Below, piece by piece: positions 55,331 to 64,000 of a stretch of 64,000 bases of DNA (position 1 is its first letter; each line of letters starts with the position of its first letter). Source of the DNA: Sulfolobaceae archaeon (GTDB taxonomy: Archaea; Thermoproteota; Thermoprotei_A; Sulfolobales; Sulfolobaceae); the NCBI GenBank assembly GCA_038893355.1, contig JAWARQ010000005.1:64001-128000 (forward strand). Reading direction: 5' to 3'. Below the pieces are notes generated by a model. That model did not search any database and had not been told where the DNA came from. It worked only from the letters and a program-made list of their open reading frames with translations. The translations under genes and the position numbers were made by a program.

Positions 55331-56071
55331 ATGAAAGTAGCATATAATGATGCGAGATCTATTAAAGCAATTATTGAGACTTTAGCTAAATTGGTAGATG
55401 AGGCTATATTTAAGTTTAAACCAGAAGGGATAGAGTTAGAAGCGCTAGAGAGGGCTCATATTGCATTTATAAAGCTTTCTTTACCTAAAGAAATGTTTAA
55501 TGAGTATGAAATACAAGAAGAATTTAATTTTGGATTTAACACTCAATATTTATTAAAAATCTTTAAAGGAATAAAGAGAAAAGAGGGAATTATAATTGAA
55601 AGTGAATCACCAGAATTAGTTTCCCTACAAGTCTTAGGATCTGTAAATAGAGTATATAAGATAAAGAATTTAGATGTATTGCCCCCAGAAATTCCTTCGT
55701 TTAATCTGGAGTTCGAAGTTACTGCATCTATTACAAGTAACGGATTTAAAAAGGCTATTCAACAAATAACCTCTGTAAGTGACTCTGTTAACTTTTCTAT
55801 ATCTGAAGATGCACTAATATTAAGGTCTGAAGGTGAAAATAAAGTTGAGGTTGAATTTAGCAAGGAGAATGGTAGCTTACAGTCTATAGAATTCACGAAA
55901 CCAGTAAGTGTTTCTTATGCAGGAGATTATTTAAATGATATTTTATCGTTAACCAAATTATCGGATTATGTTAATGTAAGCTTTTCAGAAAATAAACCTC
56001 TGCAGTTAGAATTTAATATGGAGGGGGGCGGAAAAGTTAATTATATCCAGGCCCCTAAGGTAGTTCAATGA
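55331..56071 (+). CDS. pcn3: DNA sliding clamp PCNA3
   Basis: LVDEA.FKF, GFNTQYL.KI, KPLQL.F.MEGGGKV.Y..APK. Confidence 0.9.
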   Translation: MKVAYNDARSIKAIIETLAKLVDEAIFKFKPEGIELEALERAHIAFIKLSLPKEMFNEYEIQEEFNFGFNTQYLLKIFKGIKRKEGIIIESESPELVSLQVLGSVNRVYKIKNLDVLPPEIPSFNLEFEVTASITSNGFKKAIQQITSVSDSVNFSISEDALILRSEGENKVEVEFSKENGSLQSIEFTKPVSVSYAGDYLNDILSLTKLSDYVNVSFSENKPLQLEFNMEGGGKVNYIQAPKVVQ

Positions 56072-57039
56072 AGATACAAACTGCAGTAGTTGGAAGCTAC
56101 CCTAAGCCTATAAGGCTAGCTAAGACTCAATCAAAATTTTTAAATAAAAAAATAGATGAGAAAAAATATCAAGAAACGTTATATAATTTTACAAAAATTT
56201 TTCTTAATAAAATGAAGAATTTCAATATAGATTATGTTACTAGTGGTCTCTTAAGATTTGATGATATAGTTGATATAACTTTCAGCTACTTAGAAGGGGC
56301 AGAAAAATTCGAGTTAGTGAGATTTTTTGATAATAATTTTTACTATAGAAAACCTTTAATTAAAAATAAACTAAAAAAGAAAAATACTATATACCTTGAG
56401 GATTTAAAAATGGCTAAAAAAATTCTTGGTGAAATAGAATATAAGGCTAAGTTAAAGGCAGTAATTTTAGGTCCCTTAACTTACTATAGATTAAGTGATG
56501 ATAGTTACTATAATGATGAAATAGAACTTATCATGGATTATTCTAAAGAAACAAATTCAGTAATAAAAGATACTGAAGGTATTGTCGATGCGGTAGAGAT
56601 TCATGAACCTTCTATATCTGAGAAAGGTTTACCTAAAAAAATAATAGAAAGATTGCCTGAAATTTATGATGAGTTATTAAAGGGAGTAAATCTAGAAAAA
56701 CATCTTATTACTTATTTTAAAATAAATAATGTAAAGATATTTAATATTGTAAATAAAACTAATATAGATATCATAGGTTTTGATGCTATAGAAAATAAAA
56801 AGAAATTAGGAATGATATATAAATATTTAAAAGAAAAAAACTTATATTTAGGAGTTATAGATTCAAGAAATACTAAATTAGATAAAGCGACATTTATAAA
56901 AAATGTTATAGAAACGGCTTCAAAATATGGGATAAAGAGAATGATTATAGGCAATTCAAGCTTATTAGATTTTATACCAGAAGTTGTTGTTGAGCGAAAA
57001 TTGAAAATTTTAAGCAAGGTGGTGAAGACTTTTGAATAA
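56068..57039 (+). CDS. Methionine synthase N-terminal-like half (split MetE)
   Basis: [23 protein letters not shown] and HEP motifs; no HxC Zn motif. Confidence 0.8.
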   Translation: MKIQTAVVGSYPKPIRLAKTQSKFLNKKIDEKKYQETLYNFTKIFLNKMKNFNIDYVTSGLLRFDDIVDITFSYLEGAEKFELVRFFDNNFYYRKPLIKNKLKKKNTIYLEDLKMAKKILGEIEYKAKLKAVILGPLTYYRLSDDSYYNDEIELIMDYSKETNSVIKDTEGIVDAVEIHEPSISEKGLPKKIIERLPEIYDELLKGVNLEKHLITYFKINNVKIFNIVNKTNIDIIGFDAIENKKKLGMIYKYLKEKNLYLGVIDSRNTKLDKATFIKNVIETASKYGIKRMIIGNSSLLDFIPEVVVERKLKILSKVVKTFE

Positions 57040-58030
57040 ACTCCCCTTATTACCAACTACAGTAATTGGCAGTTATCCTAGGCCTAAGTGGTTAAGAGAA
57101 ACAATTAGATTATATAATGCAGGAAAAATTGGTGAAGAAGATTTAAGAGAGGCATTTGATGATGCAGTAATAACGGTATTTAATGAGCAATATAGAGCAG
57201 GAGTAGATGTACCTACTGATGGTGAAATGAGAAGAGATGAAATGGTTGAATTCTTTGCAGAGAGAATAAAAGGATTCAAATTTTATGGTCCAGTGAGAGT
57301 ATGGGGGACTGCATATTATAGAAAACCTGCAGTTGTAAGAAGATTAGAATATGATAAGCCAATGTTATTAGAAGAGTTCCTTTTCGCAAAAACTGTATCT
57401 TATACTGAAAACCTAAAGATAACGATAACTGGACCTTACACTATTGCAGAATGGTCATACAACGAGTATTATAAAGATAAGAGAGAACTCGTATTCGACC
57501 TTGCAAAGATAATTAATCAAGAAATTAGGAATTTAGTAGATGCAGGTGCAAAAATAATTCAAATTGATGAACCTGCACTTCACACTAGAAAGGAAGATAT
57601 TGAATGGGGGATCCAGGCTGTAAATGAAGCTGTTAAAGGAGTTAATGCAAAGTTAGTTATGCATATTTGCTATGGTGATTATACATTGATTGCACCTTAT
57701 TTAAATGAAATAAAAGTTGATCAAATAAATTTTGCATTAAAAATTTATAATTATAAACCTTTAAAGTTATTTAAAAAATATGAATATGAAAAAGAAATTG
57801 GAATTGGTGTAATTGATGTACATAATAAAAGGGTAGAAACCCCTGAAGAAGTTGCAAAAGATATAAAAAACGCATTGGAATTCTTCCCACCAGAAAAAGT
57901 TTGGATAAATCCAGATTGTGGACTTAAATTACTTCCTAGAAAGATAGCTTATGAGAAATTGGTTTCAATGGTAAAAGGTACTAAAATAGTGAGAGAAGAA
58001 CTTAAAAAGAGGGGTTATAATGTAGAATGA
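57032..58030 (+). CDS. metE: Cobalamin-independent methionine synthase catalytic half
   Basis: [22 protein letters not shown] and NPDCG motifs. Confidence 0.92.
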   Translation: MNKLPLLPTTVIGSYPRPKWLRETIRLYNAGKIGEEDLREAFDDAVITVFNEQYRAGVDVPTDGEMRRDEMVEFFAERIKGFKFYGPVRVWGTAYYRKPAVVRRLEYDKPMLLEEFLFAKTVSYTENLKITITGPYTIAEWSYNEYYKDKRELVFDLAKIINQEIRNLVDAGAKIIQIDEPALHTRKEDIEWGIQAVNEAVKGVNAKLVMHICYGDYTLIAPYLNEIKVDQINFALKIYNYKPLKLFKKYEYEKEIGIGVIDVHNKRVETPEEVAKDIKNALEFFPPEKVWINPDCGLKLLPRKIAYEKLVSMVKGTKIVREELKKRGYNVE

Positions 58031-58048
58031 AAAAGAAGGGGTTATAAT
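58004..58048 (+). repeat. Imperfect 18-19 bp direct repeat
   Basis: aaaaagaggggttataat (58004-58021) and aaaaagaaggggttataat (58030-58048). Confidence 0.75.
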
Positions 58049-58049
58049 A

Positions 58050-58514
58050 ATGAACAAGAAGAGGGCAAAAGGAAAATCTCATTCTACAAGACCAGCTAGG
58101 GCAGGTGCTCCAAAATGGGTTAGATTTACTAGAGAAGAAGTTGAAGCACTAGTTGAAGAATTAGCAAGAAAGGGATATACTCCTAGTATGATTGGTTTAA
58201 TCTTAAGGGATCAGTATGGCATACCATTAGTGAAACAAGTAACTGGAAAGAAGATTACCAAGATTTTAGAAGAAAAGGGCTTATTACCACAAATCCCAGA
58301 GGATTTATTCAACTTAATCAAGAAAGCTGTAAATGTTAGAAGGCACTTAAGAGAATATCCGAAGGATAAGGTAGCGAAAAAAGGTTTAGAGGAAATTGAA
58401 TCTAAGATTAGAAGACTGGTAAGATATTATAAATCAATAGGTCGATTGCCACAAGAATGGCAATATGATCCAGAAAAAGCTGAGCTATTAATAGCTGGAA
58501 GTGTTACCTCTTAA
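58050..58514 (+). CDS. rps15: 30S ribosomal protein S15 (uS15)
   Basis: [23 protein letters not shown] and ESKIRRL..YY motifs. Confidence 0.96.
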   Translation: MNKKRAKGKSHSTRPARAGAPKWVRFTREEVEALVEELARKGYTPSMIGLILRDQYGIPLVKQVTGKKITKILEEKGLLPQIPEDLFNLIKKAVNVRRHLREYPKDKVAKKGLEEIESKIRRLVRYYKSIGRLPQEWQYDPEKAELLIAGSVTS

Positions 58515-58879
58515 ATAACACTCTTAATTCTATCAACTAATACTTCTGCTATTCTTTTATCTACACCTAAGGGATCAGCTATTACAACCTCAATATCTTT
58601 ACCATTAAAATTTACCTTTCCATCTTTAATTCTTAGCTTTTCTGGAATATCCTTTTTAAAATGAGTTCCTGCAGCAAATAGTAACGGAACAACTACTACT
58701 TTTGTTGCACCATCTTTTATCAATTTTTCTAAAGCTTCCCTAATATCTGGCTTATTTATTTCTAAGAAGCCATATTCTACTAACTCATAGTAATTTTTTA
58801 ATAATTCCTTATAGCCTATAGCAGTATTTACCCATTCGCTAACTTTACTCCCGTGTAGTACAAGTAGTATTCCTATCAT
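58511..58879 (-). CDS. cbiX: CbiX/SirB-type sirohydrochlorin chelatase
   Basis: HGS, GFLE, VPLL..G.H..KDIP and PLG motifs. Confidence 0.88.
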   Translation of the reverse strand: MIGILLVLHGSKVSEWVNTAIGYKELLKNYYELVEYGFLEINKPDIREALEKLIKDGATKVVVVPLLFAAGTHFKKDIPEKLRIKDGKVNFNGKDIEVVIADPLGVDKRIAEVLVDRIKSVI

Positions 58880-58945
58880 ACATTTAATTAATGTACCTTG
58901 ATTTTATATATTTGTTCTAAGTACAATGCATAGGTGTAATCTTAT

Positions 58946-59587
58946 TTGCCAGATTTTAAGATTGTAGTCTCTGATCCTGCAACGAAAACTAATAATAAGG
59001 TAAAGGTTAAAGTCAAGGCAGATGATAGTGTAAAATCTATACCTGGTGAAAAAGATAATAGAAGTTTACCTATCGCCAAATTGAATTATAAATTAAAAGA
59101 AAAATTGAATTTGGATAATTTTGTGACAATAGAAACTACTAAAAAAGAAGGAGAAAAGGTAATTAAAGTTAAATCTCACTTTAAAATAGAAATTGATAAT
59201 TCAGTACCAGAGAATGAAATTTGGATCAGTAAATCTATGTCGGAAAAGTTTGGAAATCAAGAATTTGAAGCATTTGCTTATAGGACAAAGAGTTTTCAGC
59301 TCCTAGTTGATCAAAATAAGGTAAATATGTTAATAGGTATGAAAATAGGCGATACATTTGATGGTAATGTAATTGGAATTCCATATAAGCTAAAAATAAC
59401 TGGCGGTTCGGATAATTCTGGATTTCCTATGCGGCCAGATGTTCAAGGTGCAGCTAAGAGACAAATATTACTTTCTGGTCCACCTGGATTTTGGCCTAAA
59501 GAAGATGGAGAGAGAAGAAGGAAGACGATACGAGGTAATACGATAAGTCCAGAATTAGTACAAATAAATACAGTAATAGTAAGGTGA
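58946..59587 (+). CDS. rps6e: 30S ribosomal protein S6e (long Sulfolobales form)
   Basis: [21 protein letters not shown] and [11 protein letters not shown] motifs. Confidence 0.94.
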   Translation: MPDFKIVVSDPATKTNNKVKVKVKADDSVKSIPGEKDNRSLPIAKLNYKLKEKLNLDNFVTIETTKKEGEKVIKVKSHFKIEIDNSVPENEIWISKSMSEKFGNQEFEAFAYRTKSFQLLVDQNKVNMLIGMKIGDTFDGNVIGIPYKLKITGGSDNSGFPMRPDVQGAAKRQILLSGPPGFWPKEDGERRRKTIRGNTISPELVQINTVIVR

Positions 59588-59591
59588 TGAA

Positions 59592-60836
59592 TTGCCCTGG
59601 CCTAAGGTACAGCCTGAAGTAAATATAGGTGTAGTAGGCCATGTAGATCATGGTAAAACTACACTAGTGCAAGCTATAACTGGTATATGGACATCTAAAC
59701 ATTCTGAAGAGCTTAAAAGAGGAATGACTATAAAATTAGGTTATGCAGAGGCATCAATAGGAATTTGTAGCAGTTGTAAGGTACCAGAAGCCTATACTAC
59801 AGAACCTTCATGTAAGCATTGCGGAAGTGATGAAGAACCTAAATTTCTTCGTAGGGTTTCATTCATTGATGCACCAGGTCATGAAATATTAATGACAACA
59901 ATGCTTTCTGGAGCCGCTTTAATGGATGGTGCAATCCTAGTTGTTGCAGCTAATGAACCATTTCCTCAACCCCAAACTCTAGAGCACTTTATGGCATTAC
60001 AGATAATTAACGTAAAAAATATTATAATAGTTCAGAATAAAGTTGATGTAGTAAGTAGAGATGAGGCTTTTACACAGTATAAAAAAATGAAAGAGTTTTT
60101 TAAAGGAACTATAGCAGAAAATGCGCCTATAATACCAATAAGTGCATTGCATAAGATAAATATAGATGCGGTATTGGAAGAGATTGAGAAGAATATAAAG
60201 ACGCCAAACCGAGACTTATCTAAGACTCCACTTCTATTAAGCATTAGAAGCTTTGATGTAAATAGGCCAGGTACGACATTTGATAACTTAAAGGGTGGAG
60301 TAATAGGTGGAAGTATTATTCAAGGAAAGTTTAGAGTAGGACAAGAGATAAAGATTTTACCCGGTATAAGGGTTGAGAAAGGCGGTAAGGCTGAGTATAA
60401 AGAGATTTACACAGAAATTGCATCTTTAAGATTTGGAGATACGGAAGTTGAAGAAGCTAAGCCGGGTGGATTAGTAGCAATTGGTACGTATTTAGACCCA
60501 TCTATAACTAAGGCTGATGCACTAGTTGGAAGCGTAGTAACTGATGCAAGTGCGAATTTTGAGATCTTGAATAGAATTACAGTGGAATATAATCTGTTAG
60601 ATAGAATTGTAGGAATTAAGGATGCGGTTAAAGTGGAGCAGATAAGGCCAAGAGAAAAGCTTATCATAACTGTAGGTTCAACAACTACACTTGGCGAAGT
60701 TACTAAAGTAGGAAAGGATAGTATGGAATTAAATTTATTAAAGCCAGTAGTTTTATGGGATAAAAGGTTAAGAGTAGTTATAAGTAGACAAGTAGGCGGA
60801 AGATGGAGATTAGCAGGATGGGGAATAATTCAGTAA
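59592..60836 (+). CDS. eif2g: Translation initiation factor aIF2 gamma
   Basis: [25 protein letters not shown] and WRLAGWG motifs. Confidence 0.97.
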   Translation: MPWPKVQPEVNIGVVGHVDHGKTTLVQAITGIWTSKHSEELKRGMTIKLGYAEASIGICSSCKVPEAYTTEPSCKHCGSDEEPKFLRRVSFIDAPGHEILMTTMLSGAALMDGAILVVAANEPFPQPQTLEHFMALQIINVKNIIIVQNKVDVVSRDEAFTQYKKMKEFFKGTIAENAPIIPISALHKINIDAVLEEIEKNIKTPNRDLSKTPLLLSIRSFDVNRPGTTFDNLKGGVIGGSIIQGKFRVGQEIKILPGIRVEKGGKAEYKEIYTEIASLRFGDTEVEEAKPGGLVAIGTYLDPSITKADALVGSVVTDASANFEILNRITVEYNLLDRIVGIKDAVKVEQIRPREKLIITVGSTTTLGEVTKVGKDSMELNLLKPVVLWDKRLRVVISRQVGGRWRLAGWGIIQ

Positions 60837-61261
60837 CAGGAGTTCTATTAGATACTAACTTATTACTTTATGCATATGATGGATTAGATATTTTTGAAAA
60901 AATTTTAAATTTTCTAGATTATAAACCTTTATTTTTTATTCATAAAAGAGTATTAGATGAATTAAACAAAATAGAGAATAGTAATAGAGGAAGACAATTA
61001 ATATTAAATAAAATTCGTGTAGCTAAGATTCTTCTAGAGAAATATAAGAGTTGGTGGAAGATAATTTCAGAAGATTCTGATGAGTATAAAAAAGTAGATG
61101 AGGTTTTAATAGAAACATCGATAAAATACAAACTTTGGCTTGCTACTAGTGATTATAAGTTATGTCAGATAGCACTTAAGAAAGGAGTAACTGTATTATA
61201 CGTTACTAAAAATACAAATAGGCTAATTCTTATACACCCAGATAGAGTAAATAAACTTTAA
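60803..61261 (+). CDS. PIN domain protein (Fcf1/Utp24-like context)
   Basis: LLDTN.L, V.DEL, VD and LATSD motifs; between eif2g and rpoE1; true start uncertain. Confidence 0.78.
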   Translation: MEISRMGNNSVTGVLLDTNLLLYAYDGLDIFEKILNFLDYKPLFFIHKRVLDELNKIENSNRGRQLILNKIRVAKILLEKYKSWWKIISEDSDEYKKVDEVLIETSIKYKLWLATSDYKLCQIALKKGVTVLYVTKNTNRLILIHPDRVNKL

Positions 61262-61286
61262 TCCTAGACTTACTTTTGATAATTGA

Positions 61287-61832
61287 TTGGTAATGTATAA
61301 ACTCATTAAAGCGAAGGGTATTGTAAGAATACCTCCCGATCTCTTTGATAAACCTTTAAATGATGTTACTTTGGAAATCTTAAGGAAGGAGTTCCAAGAA
61401 AAACTAATTAAAGATTTAGGTCTAGTATTAACTGTAATAGATGCGAAAGTAAGTGAGGAAGGGTTTCTAGTCTTTGGTGATGGTGGAACTTATCATGAGG
61501 TGGAATTTACGATACTAAGTTATGTTCCTCTTCAGCAAGAATTAGTTGAGGGTGAAATAACTTCTGTAGATAATATTGGAATTTATGTAAACATAGGACC
61601 TATTGATGGGTTTGTACACATTTCACAAATAACTGATGAACAATTAAAATATGACGGTAGTAGAGGTATTTTGATAGGGGAAAGGACGAAGAGGATATAT
61701 CAAAAGGGTGATAGAGTAAGGGCTAGAATAACTGCAATATCGCCAGGAGGAGTTAATAGATTACCGAGAGTAGCACTGACTATGCGTCAACCCTATTTAG
61801 GAAAAATAGAAGTAAAAACAGTAAAGAGCTGA
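61287..61832 (+). CDS. rpo7: RNA polymerase subunit Rpo7 (E')
   Basis: VRIPP, GDGG, GPIDG.VHISQ and TMRQP.LGK motifs. Confidence 0.95.
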   Translation: MVMYKLIKAKGIVRIPPDLFDKPLNDVTLEILRKEFQEKLIKDLGLVLTVIDAKVSEEGFLVFGDGGTYHEVEFTILSYVPLQQELVEGEITSVDNIGIYVNIGPIDGFVHISQITDEQLKYDGSRGILIGERTKRIYQKGDRVRARITAISPGGVNRLPRVALTMRQPYLGKIEVKTVKS

Positions 61833-61838
61833 ATTTAG

Positions 61839-62048
61839 ATGGCAGAGAAAAAGAGGTCTAAATCAATAAGAGCATGTAAGAGGTGTAGGACAATAATTAC
61901 TGGCAAAGAGGAGGTATGTCCAGTTTGTGGATCAACTGAACTTAGTGATGAATGGAGTGGAGTAGTAATAATATTGAGGGAAGATTCAGAAATTACTGAA
62001 ATATTTGGAGAAAAAAGACCAGGAAAGTATGCGGTGAATGTAAAATAG
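61839..62048 (+). CDS. spt4: Transcription elongation factor Spt4 (RpoE2)
   Basis: ACKRC, CPVCG, W.G and PGKYA motifs. Confidence 0.93.
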   Translation: MAEKKRSKSIRACKRCRTIITGKEEVCPVCGSTELSDEWSGVVIILREDSEITEIFGEKRPGKYAVNVK

Positions 62049-62578
62049 ATTACTGTTTTTCATTAACGGAAGAACTAAGAAAAAGTCTTGCAAAACCGTT
62101 TGGTATTTTGATTAATAATAGTTATAAATTATTAAATATTTTAGTAAAATTATTTGAGAATAATAAAAATTTGAGAATAATAAGCATAGGGGATGTTACT
62201 ACTGAAACTTTATTAAAATTGAACGTATTGCCCTTTCTAGCAATAATTGATGGTAAGACAAAGAGAAATTTTATTAGAACTATAAGTTATGAGGATAAAT
62301 TTCAAGTGATCAGAATAAGAAATGAGGCAGGGGTAATTAGATATACTGCATTACAAACAATTAAAAAATTATTACAAGAAAATAAACAAGGAAATTATTT
62401 ATTACTAGTCGATGGGGAAGAGGACTTACTTACCATTCCAGTTATATTATACTCAAACGTAAATGATGTAATATTATATGGACAACCTAATGCAGGAGTA
62501 GTGGTCATTAAACCAAATGAAATAATTACATGGATTGCATTTAATATCATAAGTAAAATGATAACTAAATTATGTTAA
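62045..62578 (+). CDS. GTP-dependent dephospho-CoA kinase (DUF359); proposed ATA start
   Basis: IGDVTT, IDGKTKR, N.AG, VDGEEDLL and YGQP motifs; open frame upstream of TTG 62108 encodes LR..L..PFG. Confidence 0.85.
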   Translation: MDYCFSLTEELRKSLAKPFGILINNSYKLLNILVKLFENNKNLRIISIGDVTTETLLKLNVLPFLAIIDGKTKRNFIRTISYEDKFQVIRIRNEAGVIRYTALQTIKKLLQENKQGNYLLLVDGEEDLLTIPVILYSNVNDVILYGQPNAGVVVIKPNEIITWIAFNIISKMITKLC

Positions 62579-62585
62579 AAAATTT

Positions 62586-62641
62586 AATATCAGACCTGCG
62601 CGGGTTCTTCACAAATAAGGCCTTTCGAGCTTCATCATGCA
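62586..62641 (-). ncRNA. Box C/D sRNA overlapping apgM stop codon
   Basis: Minus strand reads ATGATGA-agctcgaaaggc-CTTA-ttt-GTGAAGA-acccgcgcaggt-CTGA. Confidence 0.82.
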
Positions 62642-63885
62642 CCAAATTTTGATGCTCTGTTGGAATAGTTTAACATTATATTAATTAAATTTAATCCTAC
62701 TAGTCTTAATGAACCCCGTCTCACTTCTCTTTCATTAAAGTCGCTTATATTATCTGGAATTATACTATTATCTGGGATATAAATGAGTATGGGCACAGGA
62801 TCGCCAGTGTGCTCCCTTAAATCTACCGGGGTAGAATGATCGCCAGTAAATACTAATATAAACTCATCACTACCTAGTTTATCAAATATGTACCCAATTG
62901 CCTTATCTATCATCTCGATAGCATATACCTTGCCTTTAGCATTACCATCATGTGAGGCAGAATCTGTAGCTTTATAATGAATAAAAACAAAATCGTAATC
63001 TTTCTTAAGAAAGTCAATTGCAGCATCTGCCTTTGCTAGATAATTCGTATTTAAACCCCCAGTAGCACCTTCTGGGGTCACTACCTTTAATCCTATAGCC
63101 TTGCATATTCCTTTGATTAATGCAGTAGCACTTATTGCTGCACCATTAAGTTGTGTATAAGTTTTAAATTCTGGTAGAGGTTCGTACTTTGAAGCACCTC
63201 TTAGTAATACTATATTTGCAGGAGGCTTACCCTTTGAAATTCTCTGCTCATTTATTTTGGACTTAGATAAAATGTCATATATAGCAAATGTTAACTTGTT
63301 AATTATATTGGAAGTTTTTATACTTTGAATTGAATTATCTAATGGTTTACTTTCACTAACTTTCTTACCTACTTCATGAGGATCAGTATCTGACACTTTT
63401 TCGCTTAAATCTCTTCCTGATAATACTACCGCAAGTCTATGCTCAGTACCCTTATAGAACCTTACCTTTATCCCATCAATTTCTTTTAAATTCTCATTCA
63501 ATTCTTTAATTAATAATTCAGCCTCTTCCAGATCCCTTCCAGCTCTCCTATCAATAACTACTAGATCTTTATCTACAGTAGCAAAATTCCCTCTAAATGC
63601 CACATCTCCAAAATCTAACTCTGCACCTGCTCCCAACGCTTCAAACACTCCTCTCCCCTTATAATACCTATAAGGATCTAGACCAAAATATGCAAGGTGA
63701 GAAGTATCACTACCAGGGACGATACCAGGGGATATTGGATCGATCAATCCGGTTAATGAAGATTTTAATATTTCCTTAATATTAGGCTTTTCTGCAACTT
63801 CTAAAGGTGACCTATCCCCTAACTGCTTTGACTTTCTATCGCCAAGACCATCTGCAATAATAAATAAAATTTTATATTTTTTCAT
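62635..63885 (-). CDS. apgM: 2,3-bisphosphoglycerate-independent phosphoglycerate mutase
   Basis: DGLGD, PGSD..H, DRRAGR, D..SHDG and TGDHSTP...HT.DPVP motifs. Confidence 0.95.
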   Translation of the reverse strand: MKKYKILFIIADGLGDRKSKQLGDRSPLEVAEKPNIKEILKSSLTGLIDPISPGIVPGSDTSHLAYFGLDPYRYYKGRGVFEALGAGAELDFGDVAFRGNFATVDKDLVVIDRRAGRDLEEAELLIKELNENLKEIDGIKVRFYKGTEHRLAVVLSGRDLSEKVSDTDPHEVGKKVSESKPLDNSIQSIKTSNIINKLTFAIYDILSKSKINEQRISKGKPPANIVLLRGASKYEPLPEFKTYTQLNGAAISATALIKGICKAIGLKVVTPEGATGGLNTNYLAKADAAIDFLKKDYDFVFIHYKATDSASHDGNAKGKVYAIEMIDKAIGYIFDKLGSDEFILVFTGDHSTPVDLREHTGDPVPILIYIPDNSIIPDNISDFNEREVRRGSLRLVGLNLINIMLNYSNRASKFGA

Positions 63886-64000
63886 AAGCTCGTCCTCTTT
63901 AATTCTTTTGCTAACCTCTCGTATCTCTCTATATCAGCCTTAGTTAAACTCGGTTGAACAACTTTTAATGCTTCAAGAAAATCTTTCATACTAACCTTTA
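63882..64000 (-). CDS. C-terminus of a second CDC48-like AAA ATPase (partial)
   Basis: [29 protein letters not shown]... resembles the tail of the CDC48 at 33633-35939; TGA overlaps apgM ATG. Confidence 0.65.
   Translation of the reverse strand, partial: KVSMKDFLEALKVVQPSLTKADIERYERLAKELKRTSL

Overview
AT-rich, gene-dense core-genome segment of a crenarchaeon of the order Sulfolobales. The assignment rests on Rpo13, two PCNA paralogs, SmAP, archaeal MAT, long S6e and a 3-hydroxypropionyl-CoA synthetase-like ligase. The window holds about 70 housekeeping CDSs for replication/repair (lig, fen, PCNA1/3, Lhr), translation, tetrapyrrole, riboflavin and methionine synthesis. It also has two tRNAs (intron-containing Cys-GCA, Gly-CCC), four box C/D sRNAs read directly from intergenic DNA, an rpl40e gene missed by the ORF track, and a probable decayed IS200/IS605 (tnpB) tail next to tRNA-Gly. 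I found no CRISPR array, intact mobile element or defence island. The most notable observations are: (i) fen and the DUF359 kinase gene apparently start at ATA overlapping the upstream TAG behind a GGTGA SD, and truD may start at ATT/CTG; (ii) tRNA-Cys has C33 and an imperfect BHB intron; (iii) the C/D guides point to tRNA wobble positions and 23S H69/H71; (iv) a multi-TM HerA/VirB4-like ATPase lies head-to-head with Lhr; (v) an acetolactate synthase-like protein looks catalytically degenerate. Family calls come from motif recognition and memory, not database searches.
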